Shown piece by piece: positions 42,693 to 53,270 of a stretch of DNA of 64,000 nucleotides. The stretch spans positions 23,929 through 87,928 of the forward strand of contig JAHHGU010000008.1 of NCBI GenBank assembly GCA_019359765.1, in the 5' to 3' direction. The position numbers were made by a program, and so were the translations under genes. Positions within the stretch are counted from its first letter, which is position 1; each line of letters begins with the position of its first letter. The stretch is from Aphanothece sp. CMT-3BRIN-NPC111. GTDB taxonomy: Bacteria; Cyanobacteriota; Cyanobacteriia; Cyanobacteriales; JAHHGU01. The notes under the pieces were generated by a model, which worked only from the letters and a program-made list of their open reading frames with translations, did not search any database and was not told the DNA's origin.

Positions 42693-43430
42693 ATGGCAAA
42701 CGGTGAGATTCGCACAGATAGGGTGAAAATTTCTCATGGCGATCTACAAATTGCGGCTTACTTAGCGACCCCGGTTGGTGAGGGGCCCTTCCCCGGTGTC
42801 ATAGTGTTGCAGGAAATATTTGGAGTTAACTCCCACATTCGGGATGTTACAGAACGGATTGCCAAGGAAGGTTATGTGGCGATCGCACCTGCACTTTACC
42901 AACGCCAAGCACCTGGTTTTGAGACTGGCTACACTCCAGAAGATATTGAAATTGGCAGGAACTACGCACAACAGGCTACAGCAGCAGAACTACTGGGTGA
43001 TATCCAAGCTGCGCTCGATTATCTCAAAAGTCTACCCAATGTAAAAAATAGCTTTGGCTGCATTGGCTTCTGCTTCGGCGGTCATGTTGCCTATCTTGCC
43101 TCAACGCTGCCAGACATTAAAGCTACTGCCTCCTTCTATGGTGCTGGGGTTACGATCAGAACCCCTGGAGGCGGCGAACCTACCATCAGCCGCACGCCAG
43201 AAATCGCTGGCACTCTCTACGCTTTCTTTGGCATGGAAGACGCCAGCATCCCAGCTGAGCAAGTAGACCAAATTGAGGCAGAGCTAGAAAAACACCAAAT
43301 TCCCCATCGTGTCTTTCGCTACGATAAAGCAGACCACGGATTCTTCTGCAATCAGCGCAGTAGTTACAACCCTGACGCAGCCGAGTCCGCCTGGAAGGAA
43401 GTTAAGCAGCTGTTTGAGCAGAAACTCTAA
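42693..43430 (+). CDS. dienelactone hydrolase family protein
   Basis: GVIVLQEIFGVN...GFCFGG (nucleophile elbow)...ADHGF motifs; 245 aa. Confidence 0.8.
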   Translation: MANGEIRTDRVKISHGDLQIAAYLATPVGEGPFPGVIVLQEIFGVNSHIRDVTERIAKEGYVAIAPALYQRQAPGFETGYTPEDIEIGRNYAQQATAAELLGDIQAALDYLKSLPNVKNSFGCIGFCFGGHVAYLASTLPDIKATASFYGAGVTIRTPGGGEPTISRTPEIAGTLYAFFGMEDASIPAEQVDQIEAELEKHQIPHRVFRYDKADHGFFCNQRSSYNPDAAESAWKEVKQLFEQKL

Positions 43431-43496
43431 GCGGCTTAAGGCTCAGTTGTATCTATACAAGATCTTTGCGGTTCAAATTTTTTACATCAAATTCCC

Positions 43497-44405
43497 ATGC
43501 TTCCTAAATCAAACTCTTCTCAACAGGCAAATGCGTCCTTTTCAATGGATGACTTTGCTAAAGCGCTTGAACAACACGACTACCAGTTTCAAAAGGGACA
43601 GGTAGTGCGCGGCAAGGTACACAGCTACGAAAGCGATGGCGCGTATGTGGATATTGGCGGCAAGTCTTTGGCTTTTGTTCCTATCGAAGAGATTGCCTTA
43701 AATCCTGTAACAGATTTATCCGCCCTGCTGCCGTTGCAGGAGGAACAGGACTTTTTAATCATTAAGGAACAAGATGCCGATGGTCAATTAACACTCTCCC
43801 GGCGTCAGCTACAAGTTAAGCAGGCTTGGGACAAGATTGCCGAACTCCAGGATAATAACCAATCGGTAAATGTGCGAGTCAGCGGTATCAATAAGGGTGG
43901 CGTTACGGTAGATGTTGAGGGAGTGCGGGGGTTTATTCCGCGATCGCACTTGGTTGAGCGAGACAACTTACAAGAGCTGATTGGTCAAAACCTCACCGCT
44001 AGCTTTTTGGAAGTCAATAGTGAGACTAATAAACTTGTGCTTTCGCAACGCCAAGCAACTCGCTCTGCCAGCTTTAGCCAACTAGAGCTAGGTCAGTTGG
44101 TGGAGGGACAGATTGTCAGCATTAAGCCTTTCGGTGTCTTTGTGGAGTTTGAGGGTACAACTGGGTTGCTCCACATTAAGCAGGTGAGCCAAAACTTTAT
44201 TGAATCTCTGTCAGCCCTGTTCCAGGTAGGTCAGCCGATCAAAGCAATGATTATCGAACTTGATGAAGGAAAAGGCCGGATTTCTCTCTCTACCAGGGTA
44301 TTAGAAAACCACCCAGGAGAGATGGTAGAAAATATGGCTGAGGTGATGGCCTCAGCAGACTCACGTTCTGGGCGAGCGGCTAAGAAACTTTTTGGTCGTG
44401 AATAA
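43497..44405 (+). CDS. 30S ribosomal protein S1-like protein (short cyanobacterial S1 paralog)
   Basis: Three S1 domains (GQVVRGKV..., VRVSGINKGGVTVDVEG..., GQIVSIKPFGVFVEF...); 302 aa. Confidence 0.8.
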   Translation: MLPKSNSSQQANASFSMDDFAKALEQHDYQFQKGQVVRGKVHSYESDGAYVDIGGKSLAFVPIEEIALNPVTDLSALLPLQEEQDFLIIKEQDADGQLTLSRRQLQVKQAWDKIAELQDNNQSVNVRVSGINKGGVTVDVEGVRGFIPRSHLVERDNLQELIGQNLTASFLEVNSETNKLVLSQRQATRSASFSQLELGQLVEGQIVSIKPFGVFVEFEGTTGLLHIKQVSQNFIESLSALFQVGQPIKAMIIELDEGKGRISLSTRVLENHPGEMVENMAEVMASADSRSGRAAKKLFGRE

Positions 44406-44419
44406 AGCCAGGTAAATTT

Positions 44420-44914
44420 TTATCGAGGTTCAGCCTTCTGCACAGAAGAATTATTAACTCCCAGCGTCAGCTGCAAGGGTCTCTGGGAAGCATGTGCATT
44501 AACAGCCTCTCGGTAAACCTCGTAGTTCGTAGGCAAGGTAACAGCTCGGTTATCGACGCTATAGCTCAGCTGGTATTTTACATTTCGTAACATTTCGGGT
44601 GTGCTTGCCTGCTCATTGCTTCGCTTTCTTTGTTCAATTTCAATGACAGTCGGTTGCGGCGGCAAAGTAGGCCACCACAGGCTATGTTCATCAGGTCCAA
44701 TAACAGCGCCTTGTGGCTTGACACCATTGCGATTAAGTAAGGAAGTGGATGCGAATTTCTCAATGCGAGGGTTCTTATCAGTAGCCAGGTTAAGAGAATA
44801 TTTAACTTGCCAGGTAAGACTTACCAGCGCAGTTGGTTCATACTGGTTAGTAGTCACGGTATTACACCCAGTAAGTGCCGCTGTCAGGAAGACAACTGCT
44901 AACCTGGAAAACAT
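44420..44914 (-). CDS. hypothetical lipoprotein
   Basis: Lipobox LTAALTGC after the internal Met (MFSRLAVVFL); the longer 44968 start is less likely. Confidence 0.4.
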   Translation of the reverse strand: MFSRLAVVFLTAALTGCNTVTTNQYEPTALVSLTWQVKYSLNLATDKNPRIEKFASTSLLNRNGVKPQGAVIGPDEHSLWWPTLPPQPTVIEIEQRKRSNEQASTPEMLRNVKYQLSYSVDNRAVTLPTNYEVYREAVNAHASQRPLQLTLGVNNSSVQKAEPR

Positions 44915-45005
44915 CTGACCTCGCCGTCGAGGTAAAGTTAACTTGTAATCGCGATCGTTATTTCTCACCGTTAGCCCTCATTAAATTAAGACGCCGCAAA
45001 AGCGA

Positions 45006-45689
45006 ATGCAGATTGCCCCGCTAACTCCTATTCTGTACCGAATTCTTAAGCCTACTTTTCCCAGCTGTCTTTGGGCTGGATCTGTTTCTTCACCTGCGAT
45101 CGCGCTCACATTTGATGATGGCCCCCATCCGCAGTACACTCCCCAGTTATTGCAGGTGTTAGATCGGTACGAAATTCCCGCCAGTTTTTTTTGGTTGGGT
45201 ACCTGCGTTAATCGCGCCCCAGCAGTTGCTTTAGATGTATATCGGCGTGGTCACTGGATTGGACTGCATGGCTACGATCATCGCTCCTTTGCAAATCTTA
45301 ACAGCGATGAACTTAAGCAAAGTTTAGAAAAAACCCAGGAGGCGATCGCTGCTGCGTGTCAGCTAGAGCCACAATATGTCCGAGATGTTCGACCTCCCAA
45401 TGGTCTGTTTACACCTCGAACTTTAAATCTTTTGCATCAGTGGAACTATCGACCCGTGATGTGGAGCGTTGTTCCAGAAGACTGGGTACAGCCAGGAATC
45501 TCACTCGTTGTTGAGCGAGTATTGAAGCAAGTTGAGAATGGTTCGTTAATTGTTTTGCACGATGGCTATTATGGAGGACAAGACGTAGCTGAAACTACGG
45601 CTCAGTTAGTTCCTCAACTACTGCGCCGGGGCTTCGAGTTTGTGACTATTGACCAACTCTGGCGGCAGCCCCAGCGAACCTGGGGTTAG
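45006..45689 (+). CDS. polysaccharide deacetylase (NodB homology domain)
   Basis: LTFDDGP, HGYDH and LIVLHDG motifs. Confidence 0.8.
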   Translation: MQIAPLTPILYRILKPTFPSCLWAGSVSSPAIALTFDDGPHPQYTPQLLQVLDRYEIPASFFWLGTCVNRAPAVALDVYRRGHWIGLHGYDHRSFANLNSDELKQSLEKTQEAIAAACQLEPQYVRDVRPPNGLFTPRTLNLLHQWNYRPVMWSVVPEDWVQPGISLVVERVLKQVENGSLIVLHDGYYGGQDVAETTAQLVPQLLRRGFEFVTIDQLWRQPQRTWG

Positions 45690-46382
45690 ACTGGTATAGA
45701 TATAAGTGCGATCGCCGATTTTCTTACGTCATGGTCTGAAAAATTGACCTTTATAGAACGAATGTACTAATTTCGTGAAATATTTCTGATGCCCGATTTG
45801 GCATCCCCTATCTAAAATTACTAAAAATGGCTGAGGGAATTTCGGCTATCTAGCTGGAGTCTTTTACTCTAAAGTTAAATTAGATTCAGACAAAAGGCAG
45901 ACAACGGGAAAAAAAACTCTTAATTATCCAGATTTTAGCGACCCATATAGTGGGCAAACCAAAAAGTAACAGCTACACTGGTTGGTTGATGTGGCAGGGG
46001 TTTTCACAGCGCATGAAAATGAAGCTGAACCAATTTCCTTAGCTTAGGGTACACTTTTACCCAGCAATCACGATCGAGTAGCTAAATTACAACTAGAAAG
46101 GTAATTTATCCCTTCTACCTAATCGAAAGATTAAATAAACAAAAAACGTGCAATTTTTGTGAGAAAGGCTACAATCGGAGAGGTCTTATACAGACCTAGG
46201 ATTAACACCTACCTTAACGCTGCGACAAACGCCTGTTTGGCTGGAAGGCATTTTTAATTTCTCTCACTGAACCAATAAGTGAGCGTTGAAGGAAAGGTAA
46301 AGCTTATCACTGGCTAACTTGTTTGTTAGATTAACTAACACCATATTCTGGTATTTAATTCAAGGAGCATGAGGAACACGGC

Positions 46383-47510
46383 ATGACCCAGGCTAACAAT
46401 GTACTCGCAACCCTATCTGACCCTGAAACATTGGAACTCTTGATCGAGGAAGACGCTGACCAAGACGACCTTGTGGACGTTGCAGACGTTACACCGGATG
46501 AGGAGGACGGTAAGCCTGGTAAGGTGCGCTCTACCCGTCGTCGAGCGCAGACGAAAAAGAAGCACTATACAGAGGATTCAATTCGCCTTTATCTGCAAGA
46601 AATTGGTCGCATTCGGCTATTGCGAGCAGATGAAGAAATCGAACTCGCCCGTAAAATTGCGGATTTACTGGAATTAGAGCGGGTGCGTGAGAGCCTATTA
46701 GATAGGTTAGAGCGGGAGCCTCACGACAGCGAATGGGCAAAGGCTGTAGAAATGCCGCTACCACAGTTTCGCCATCGCCTTTATCTAGGTCGGCGAGCTA
46801 AAGACAAGATGGTGCAGTCAAACCTGCGTCTGGTAGTCTCAATTGCCAAAAAATACATGAATCGGGGATTGTCTTTTCAAGATCTGATTCAAGAAGGAAG
46901 TCTGGGTTTGATTCGGGCTGCGGAAAAGTTTGATCACGAAAAAGGTTATAAGTTCTCCACTTATGCAACTTGGTGGATTCGGCAAGCAATTACACGTGCG
47001 ATCGCAGATCAGTCTCGCACGATCCGGTTGCCCGTTCACCTTTATGAAACTATCTCCCGGATTAAGAAAACGACTAAGCTGCTTTCCCAAGAAATGGGTC
47101 GCAAGCCTACTGAAGAAGAAATCGCTACTCGTATGGAAATGACCATCGAGAAGCTGCGATTTATTGCTAAATCCGCACAGCTCCCTATCTCCCTAGAAAC
47201 TCCGATTGGCAAAGAAGAAGATTCCCGCCTGGGAGACTTTATTGAAGCTGATGGTGAAACACCAGAAGATCAAGTATCAAAAAATCTCCTTCGCGAAGAC
47301 CTTGAAAGCGTCCTTGATACCCTCAGTGCCCGCGAACGTGACGTTCTCCGCCTGCGTTACGGCTTGGATGATGGACGGATGAAGACTCTGGAGGAAATCG
47401 GTCAGATTTTCAACGTTACCCGCGAACGTATTCGTCAAATTGAAGCGAAAGCACTCCGCAAATTGCGCCATCCCAACCGCAACAGCATTCTTAAAGAGTA
47501 CATCCGCTAA
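46383..47510 (+). CDS. sigA: principal (group 1) RNA polymerase sigma factor
   Basis: Acidic region-1.1-like N-terminus; conserved regions 2-4 ([49 protein letters not shown]); 375 aa; long 690-nt leader. Confidence 0.75.
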   Translation: MTQANNVLATLSDPETLELLIEEDADQDDLVDVADVTPDEEDGKPGKVRSTRRRAQTKKKHYTEDSIRLYLQEIGRIRLLRADEEIELARKIADLLELERVRESLLDRLEREPHDSEWAKAVEMPLPQFRHRLYLGRRAKDKMVQSNLRLVVSIAKKYMNRGLSFQDLIQEGSLGLIRAAEKFDHEKGYKFSTYATWWIRQAITRAIADQSRTIRLPVHLYETISRIKKTTKLLSQEMGRKPTEEEIATRMEMTIEKLRFIAKSAQLPISLETPIGKEEDSRLGDFIEADGETPEDQVSKNLLREDLESVLDTLSARERDVLRLRYGLDDGRMKTLEEIGQIFNVTRERIRQIEAKALRKLRHPNRNSILKEYIR

Positions 47511-47658
47511 ATAGCAGTCATGGGATTGTAAATTTTGGATGCAAGCATTTGTTCCCTAGTGTGAACTATAGCTTGTACCAAATTAGTCTAACTACGAGTC
47601 ACACATCAGCCATATAAAATCTTAGCCTGGGCCGTCAATGCTCAGTAAAGCCAGGAAT

Positions 47659-47704
47659 CAGAAGTCAGCAGTTTTGGCTTCTGACTTCTGGCTTTTGGTT
47701 TTGG
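47659..47704 (+). terminator. rho-independent terminator of sigA
   Basis: cagaagtcag-cagttttggctt-ctgacttctg, a perfect 10-bp stem, followed by gcttttggttttgg. Confidence 0.6.
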
Positions 47705-47957
47705 CTAATTGCTAATCAACAAAAAGCTGGGGTTTATTCTTTAGGGCTTGCTCAGAAGAAATCCCCCAACCGAGTATAAAAAGGCGGCGAGCTAACGTTC
47801 CCTCCTTAGTTTCTAGTGTGTAAGTCCTGTTCTTATGGGGATGTCAATCGGTGCAAACTCGTTAATAAATAAGAAAGTTATCAATTAATTTTTGATTTAC
47901 TTGAGAACCTTGATTTAAATATTAAATATTAAAATTATAAATAGAAAGATCATAGTT

Positions 47958-49412
47958 ATGTTTCAAGCGACTCGTCGGCGTCTAGCTCTTTGGTACACTT
48001 CTGTTACAGCTGTGCTACTGCTGCTATTTGCCACTGGCGTTTATATCTATGTCCGCAACACGTTGATTGAACGCGTCGATGATACCCTCAACCATGTGGT
48101 GGAAGTAGTAGAGCGATCGCTTGTAATTGAGCCAACAGACTCAGCCGTCCCTAGCGAAAAATTCCACCTAAATCTTGAAGCCAGTTTTCGCGACAATGCC
48201 GACACCGTAGACGATGACCACATCGACTTGGAGTGGTTTAGTCCGACTGGAAAATTACTGTGGTCTACCCTATCAGATCCCCTAAATATTCCTATTCATG
48301 CCAATCGCACTGGTGAGACGGTGCATTTATCTTCAGGTCAGTTGTTGAGGCAAGTGACAGAACGAGTGCAAACGGGTCGCCAAGTCCTAGGATATTTGCG
48401 AGTCAGCCATCCCTGGTTTGAAGTCACTAAACCAATCCGCCATCTGATGGTCGATCTGAGTTTGGGCATTGGTATGATGCTGATTTCCGTTGCCGCAATT
48501 GGCTGGTTTCTTTCTGGGCTAGCGATAAAGCCGGTACGCGATTCCTACCAACGCCTTAAACAATTTACCTCTGATGCCTCCCACGAACTCAGAAGTCCAA
48601 TTGCCATGATTCAGACTAACGTGCAGGTGGCACTAGCAGATCCCGACCCACTACCCCAGCTGTATCGGCAACAGCTGCAAGTAGTGGAACGATTGACTCA
48701 GCGGCTGGGGCGCTTGGTGGACGATTTGCTGTTTCTGGCTCGATCGGATAGCGGCATTGTGCAGCCTTTGCTGGTTCCAGTCCCACTTGATGCCCTATTA
48801 ATGGAGGTAATTGAAGAGCAACAACTGCTAGCAGCCCAGAAGCAAATTACTCTCTGCCTGAATCTGGATGATATGCCCACAGAGGATTTTGGATTTTCGA
48901 TTGCAGATTTTCGATTGCAGTCTGCTGCCACTAAATTAGATATTTCTGGGCCTAACAAGCAACTTAATAACCCCAAATCTCAAATTTTAAATCCCCAGTC
49001 CGATGAGGATGTTTTTACGCTTCTCGGAGACTGGGATCAGCTGATTCGCTTGTTTATTAATCTTGTCAGTAACGCGCTCAAGTACACACCGACAGGCGGT
49101 CAAGTGAAGGTAGAGTTGCGACCAATCGGACGCCTTGGAATACCTTATTTACGGGTAAGCGTTAGTGATACCGGAATCGGCATCCCAGAGTCAGCATTAC
49201 CGCACATTTTCGATCGGTTTTACCGGGTAGATCCAGCCCGCACCCATGATAAAGGTGGTGTGATGCCGTCCACAGGTTCGGGTTTGGGGTTAGCGATCGC
49301 AGCGGCAATTGCCCAAAACCACCAAGGTCATATTCAAGTTGAAAGCAAGATTAATCAAGGCACTACCGTTACAGTTACCTTGCCATCCTGTAGTCAGCAG
49401 ACGCTAAGCTAA
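47958..49412 (+). CDS. two-component sensor histidine kinase
   Basis: Two TM segments; H-box SHELRSPIAMI; N, G1 and G2 boxes (NLVSNALKYT, DTGIGI, GSGLGLAIA); an STRR-derived insertion before the N box. Confidence 0.8.
   Translation: MFQATRRRLALWYTSVTAVLLLLFATGVYIYVRNTLIERVDDTLNHVVEVVERSLVIEPTDSAVPSEKFHLNLEASFRDNADTVDDDHIDLEWFSPTGKLLWSTLSDPLNIPIHANRTGETVHLSSGQLLRQVTERVQTGRQVLGYLRVSHPWFEVTKPIRHLMVDLSLGIGMMLISVAAIGWFLSGLAIKPVRDSYQRLKQFTSDASHELRSPIAMIQTNVQVALADPDPLPQLYRQQLQVVERLTQRLGRLVDDLLFLARSDSGIVQPLLVPVPLDALLMEVIEEQQLLAAQKQITLCLNLDDMPTEDFGFSIADFRLQSAATKLDISGPNKQLNNPKSQILNPQSDEDVFTLLGDWDQLIRLFINLVSNALKYTPTGGQVKVELRPIGRLGIPYLRVSVSDTGIGIPESALPHIFDRFYRVDPARTHDKGGVMPSTGSGLGLAIAAAIAQNHQGHIQVESKINQGTTVTVTLPSCSQQTLS
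48885..48920 (+). repeat. degenerate GATTTTG STRR heptamers in frame in the histidine kinase CDS
   Basis: gattttggattttcgattgcagattttcgattgcag, encoding DFGFSIADFRLQ. Confidence 0.6.
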
Positions 49413-49568
49413 ACTTTCCTCTAGAAGGGGCGGCTCAGTGGCAGCCCATCCCTTGTAGGGTGGGGATTATTAGCCGCCCGTTAGCAGTTAGTAGTTAGTC
49501 AAAAATACAACTAACAACTAACACTCGCACGTCCAGAGGATTCATCCCTGCTTCCGGAGCTTAATGAT

Positions 49569-49630
49569 ATCTGTGTTCATCTGTGTTTATCTGTGGTTAA
49601 AAATATCTTAAAACTACTTTTCGGATAAGT
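49569..49630. repeat. dispersed CACAGAT-type repeat element, truncated copy 3 (reverse orientation)
   Basis: The reverse complement reads cttatccgaaaagtagttttaagatatttttaaccacagataaacacagatgaacacagat. Confidence 0.5.
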
Positions 49631-49866
49631 TCTTAGTAGTCATTTGTCAGTTGTTGGTTGTTTTTAACCATTGATCGCTGACAGAAAACGACTATAAAGG
49701 AAGCAATTAAGCTAGAGCCATATAAAAAACGCCGCATCTACCTGCGGGTATATTCACTAAAGTATATTAATGCTGGCTCACAACATAAGTATATAGGGGG
49801 AAGTAAGGAACTATTGCAGTTTGCTTTCTTTAGTATGTGTGAGTACTTAAGCATCTAAGAGAGTAT

Positions 49867-50073
49867 TTGATGTCCACCGAAAAAGGTATCCGTAGAAAGG
49901 ATCTAATCACTAGCTTGATTACCGGCCTGGCTATTGGGCTAGTTGCTGGTACACCAATAGGTTGGTTCGCTCATCGATTTTATAATCAGCAGCGCACAGC
50001 TCAAGTTCTACTTTGTCGCCAAAAGCACGTAGGCGAAGTCAATCTTGACGCTATATGTGGTTCTTTATATTAG
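49867..50073 (+). CDS. small single-TM hypothetical protein
   Basis: 68-aa ORF with one hydrophobic helix (LITSLITGLAIGLVAGTPIGWF); weak evidence. Confidence 0.3.
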   Translation: MMSTEKGIRRKDLITSLITGLAIGLVAGTPIGWFAHRFYNQQRTAQVLLCRQKHVGEVNLDAICGSLY

Positions 50074-50365
50074 AATCTCCTCTTCCACTTTCGAGCTTGA
50101 GAACTTATGTGGTATAGAACTCCGGTTGAGTTCTGTACTATATTAAATGCTTCCTGTGGCAGATGCAGGTATCTTGCGGTGAGTAATAGTGTCTAAAGGA
50201 AAGGCTGAGGTTTTCAGTGGCTAACCGCTTTTAGCTGAGTATAGCTTTAAAGTAACTTATTGAGTTGCTATCAGCCATACCAGCAGCTTGGCTAATTGCC
50301 AAAGACAAAGTGGTCACCACTGTTCTCGCCATGACAACCCTATTTTATGAATTGAGAGGAGTTAT

Positions 50366-51217
50366 ATGCCCATTTCTTTAAGAGAAGATGTTGCCTACAT
50401 TCTGCTGAAAAAGATCAGCGAAACAGGTGCAGGAATGCATGAGGTTCAATTTGATGAAGCAGACTTGGCAGGTCGAAACCTCAGCGAAACGGATCTTCTC
50501 GGTCACCTAGATTATTTAAATCAAAAACAGTATATCAAAGCTGAATTTACAGGCAACGCTTATGGCAATCAGGAAGATGTGCCTGACGCGGTTAACCCTA
50601 AAGAGGTAGATTTTAGAATTGCCAACACCTATGGCGCACCAGATGGTCCATTACCTCACTTGATTACCTTTAAAGCAGCAGAACTAACGGAAAAAGGCCG
50701 CAAGATGCTGGAGAAGATGGAGGCAAATCCTCCTGCTGCTCTCCGAGAAGGACCAGTAGTACCTATTGCTTCCAAAGATATGCCTTTCCTAGAGAAAGTC
50801 ATGCTCAAGGGGAACCTCACAGATCTTTTTGATGCCAGGGATATTAGTGAAGTTGTGTTTCGCACCATGCGCGACATGATGACAAATGAAGCTGCCGATC
50901 GCGTAGCTGACGAATTGCACGAAGAAGCTGAGCCGACTGAGGATAAAGCTTTACAGAACGAGATAGCAGATCTTTGGAAAGATACGAATCCTTTGGTTCG
51001 CTTCCTCAGCCGGATTCGTCCTCCATTAGAAATCAAACCTGAAACCTTTCTATTGCGGATCAACCAAGAGGCTGGCTTACCCCCAACAGTAGAAGCAGAA
51101 ACAGTTATCAAAGCCGTCTTCGCAGCCACCAAGGATGAATTGTCTGAAGAACGGATTCAAGAAATTGCCAACTTTTTACCTGGCAAGATTAAAGAATTGT
51201 GGACGCAAGCCAAGTAA
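50366..51217 (+). CDS. DUF2267-domain protein with 135-aa N-terminal extension
   Basis: C-terminal 145 aa paralogous to the 51590 gene (FLEKVM.KGNL.DL...VVFRTMRD.MT.EAA.RVA.EL...DLWKDTNP.VRFLS.IRP.LEIKPE.F). Confidence 0.5.
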   Translation: MPISLREDVAYILLKKISETGAGMHEVQFDEADLAGRNLSETDLLGHLDYLNQKQYIKAEFTGNAYGNQEDVPDAVNPKEVDFRIANTYGAPDGPLPHLITFKAAELTEKGRKMLEKMEANPPAALREGPVVPIASKDMPFLEKVMLKGNLTDLFDARDISEVVFRTMRDMMTNEAADRVADELHEEAEPTEDKALQNEIADLWKDTNPLVRFLSRIRPPLEIKPETFLLRINQEAGLPPTVEAETVIKAVFAATKDELSEERIQEIANFLPGKIKELWTQAK

Positions 51218-51589
51218 AGGCATTAACTGTTGGTTAGTAGTTGGCTCGATCCTGGAGCCAGAGCCAACCTGAATATCATCATTGCTGGAAATACTGGCAA
51301 TCCTTTACCTGTATCGACAGAATTTCATCATTTCAAATCAAAGGTAACTAAAGAGCTTAGCTTTTTATAGCCTTACAAGCTAGCCATTAGCTTAATGATG
51401 CTGGCATAGAGATCGGTCACTAAATTTAGGCATCTCTATGATCATGCTGTAGGTCGGGATTAGAGATATTTTGGCTATTACCCCAAAATTGCTAGGTAAA
51501 GCTCGCTCCTACAACTGACGAAATCGTTGAGTCTTGCCCATGCCTGAAGGCAGGGAAAACAAATCCAAAATTGAATTAGGGAGATATTT

Positions 51590-52036
51590 ATGGACGCGCA
51601 CAAGCCTTTTTTAGAGAAAGTCATGGCCAAGGGAAACCTCAAGGATCTGCATGAGGCCAAAAATGCAGCTGAGGTAGTGTTCCGCACCATGAGAGACGTA
51701 ATGACAACTGAAGCAGCCGAGCGTGTAGCTGAGGAACTAGACGAAGCGGACGATCGGCGTGAAGATGCGGGTTTAGAGGAGCAAGATGTAGAAGATCTTT
51801 GGAAAGACACTAATCCTATCGTCAGGTTTCTCAGCAAAATTAGACCCCAGTTAGAAATTAAGCCTGAGAACTTTTTAATTCGGCTCAGACAGGAGGGTAA
51901 TTTACCAGGGGCAGATGCAGAAACCATCATAAAGGCAGTATTTTCTGCTACTAAGGAAGAGTTATCTCAAGAACGAGTTCAGGAGATTGCTGGATTTTTA
52001 CCTGGTGAAATTCAGGAGATGTGGGAGCAAGCCTAA
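51590..52036 (+). CDS. DUF2267-domain protein
   Basis: 148-aa paralog of the C-terminal domain of the upstream gene; the sense strand was chosen by paralogy over the mirror antisense ORF. Confidence 0.5.
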   Translation: MDAHKPFLEKVMAKGNLKDLHEAKNAAEVVFRTMRDVMTTEAAERVAEELDEADDRREDAGLEEQDVEDLWKDTNPIVRFLSKIRPQLEIKPENFLIRLRQEGNLPGADAETIIKAVFSATKEELSQERVQEIAGFLPGEIQEMWEQA

Positions 52037-52140
52037 ACTAGTGGGCGCTGCGGGAATTTCCTTTGTTTTATGTTAAAGAGACGCTCTTAGGTTGCAAAAC
52101 TGTTAGATAATAGCTAAGGTCTGGACAGTAAAAACGCTTA

Positions 52141-53037
52141 ATGCAGGCAATCTCCAGAGCAATAATGACTCAAGGAAATCAGCAACTCACACGAGGGCTG
52201 GGGCTATTGGGAACTATATGTGGCAGCCTGCTCATGGGCTTACCAACGTTCGCCCAGATCGACTTTAATCCCAGCCCAGTTGAACCATTCCCCTCGAATA
52301 ACGAACGTAGGCTGCCAACACTCCCCAGCGCGGTGCCTCAACCGCCTGGTGAGGGCAGTGGTATATTTCCACCCCGACCGAGTACGTTGCCTCCAGCACC
52401 AGTAAGCAGCGATCGCATTACCCCGCCCCGAACGAGTACACAGCCTCCAGCACCAATCAGCAGCGATCGCATTACCCCGCCCCGACCGAGTACACTGCCT
52501 CCAGCACCAATCAGCAGCGATCGCATTACCCCGCCTCGACCGAGTACATTGCCTCCAGCACCGATAAGCAGCGATCGCATTTCCCCGCCCCGACCAAGCG
52601 TAATTTTTGAAGCACCTCCAAGTAGTACTTCTACCTCCTCACGCCTTCCCAGTAGCGTGCCCCAACCGCCTAGGGATAGCTTCAGTCTGTATCCACCACC
52701 GCCAGAGCAGCTAGAACTTCCCAGCGCCACCATTAGGCCTATGAACGGGATGGTGAATCTTAACCTAGTGAACAAAACTGGAGCTACCATAAATTATCAG
52801 GTGCTTGGCGATACCAATCAGCGAAGTCTACAACCTCGCTCCGACGTGACACTACAAACTCTGAAAGCACCAGTTAATATCACCTTTGAACGCCCGGATG
52901 GCGGGCTAATCAGGGTTAGTCCCCAAGCATCGTCTCAACCAGGAATGCTGACGGTAACCTTTACCGAAACAACGGATCTAGACGCTGACAAGAAGGCAAT
53001 GACGGTGCAAGAAACTGGTGATGTCTTTCTGAACTAA
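52141..53037 (+). CDS. secreted proline-rich repeat protein
   Basis: Signal peptide; four and a bit tandem 24-aa repeats (SDRITPPRPSTLPPAPIS); unique C-terminal domain. Confidence 0.55.
   Translation: MQAISRAIMTQGNQQLTRGLGLLGTICGSLLMGLPTFAQIDFNPSPVEPFPSNNERRLPTLPSAVPQPPGEGSGIFPPRPSTLPPAPVSSDRITPPRTSTQPPAPISSDRITPPRPSTLPPAPISSDRITPPRPSTLPPAPISSDRISPPRPSVIFEAPPSSTSTSSRLPSSVPQPPRDSFSLYPPPPEQLELPSATIRPMNGMVNLNLVNKTGATINYQVLGDTNQRSLQPRSDVTLQTLKAPVNITFERPDGGLIRVSPQASSQPGMLTVTFTETTDLDADKKAMTVQETGDVFLN
52370..52610 (+). repeat. tandem 72-bp coding repeats (about 4 units)
   Basis: ...ccgagtacactgcctccagcaccaatcagcagcgatcgcattaccccgcc... repeated with few substitutions. Confidence 0.7.
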
Positions 53038-53270
53038 GCAGTTATCGTCAACTTCAGTGCATTTTATAATGGTTTGTCGTTCCGGTTTAATACATCCCCC
53101 GGACGCAAATCTGGTTTTGTATATAAACGCGGTTTTATGTCTAGAATTAGACGTCTTGCCCGCAGCCCATCAAATCTTGTAAATCATCTCCTATAGCCTG
53201 CTTACATCTGCTTGGTGAAAGCCTTCTAAACAACATTTTCGGAGGATTTTTGCAAGAAGTCTAATGGCTA

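Noticed and set aside
50656-51930. Antisense 158-aa and 150-aa ORFs opposite the DUF2267 genes; also 52338-52790 opposite the repeat protein
   Set aside because: Mirror ORFs caused by compositional bias. The sense strands are supported by paralogy or by a signal peptide and in-frame 72-bp repeats.
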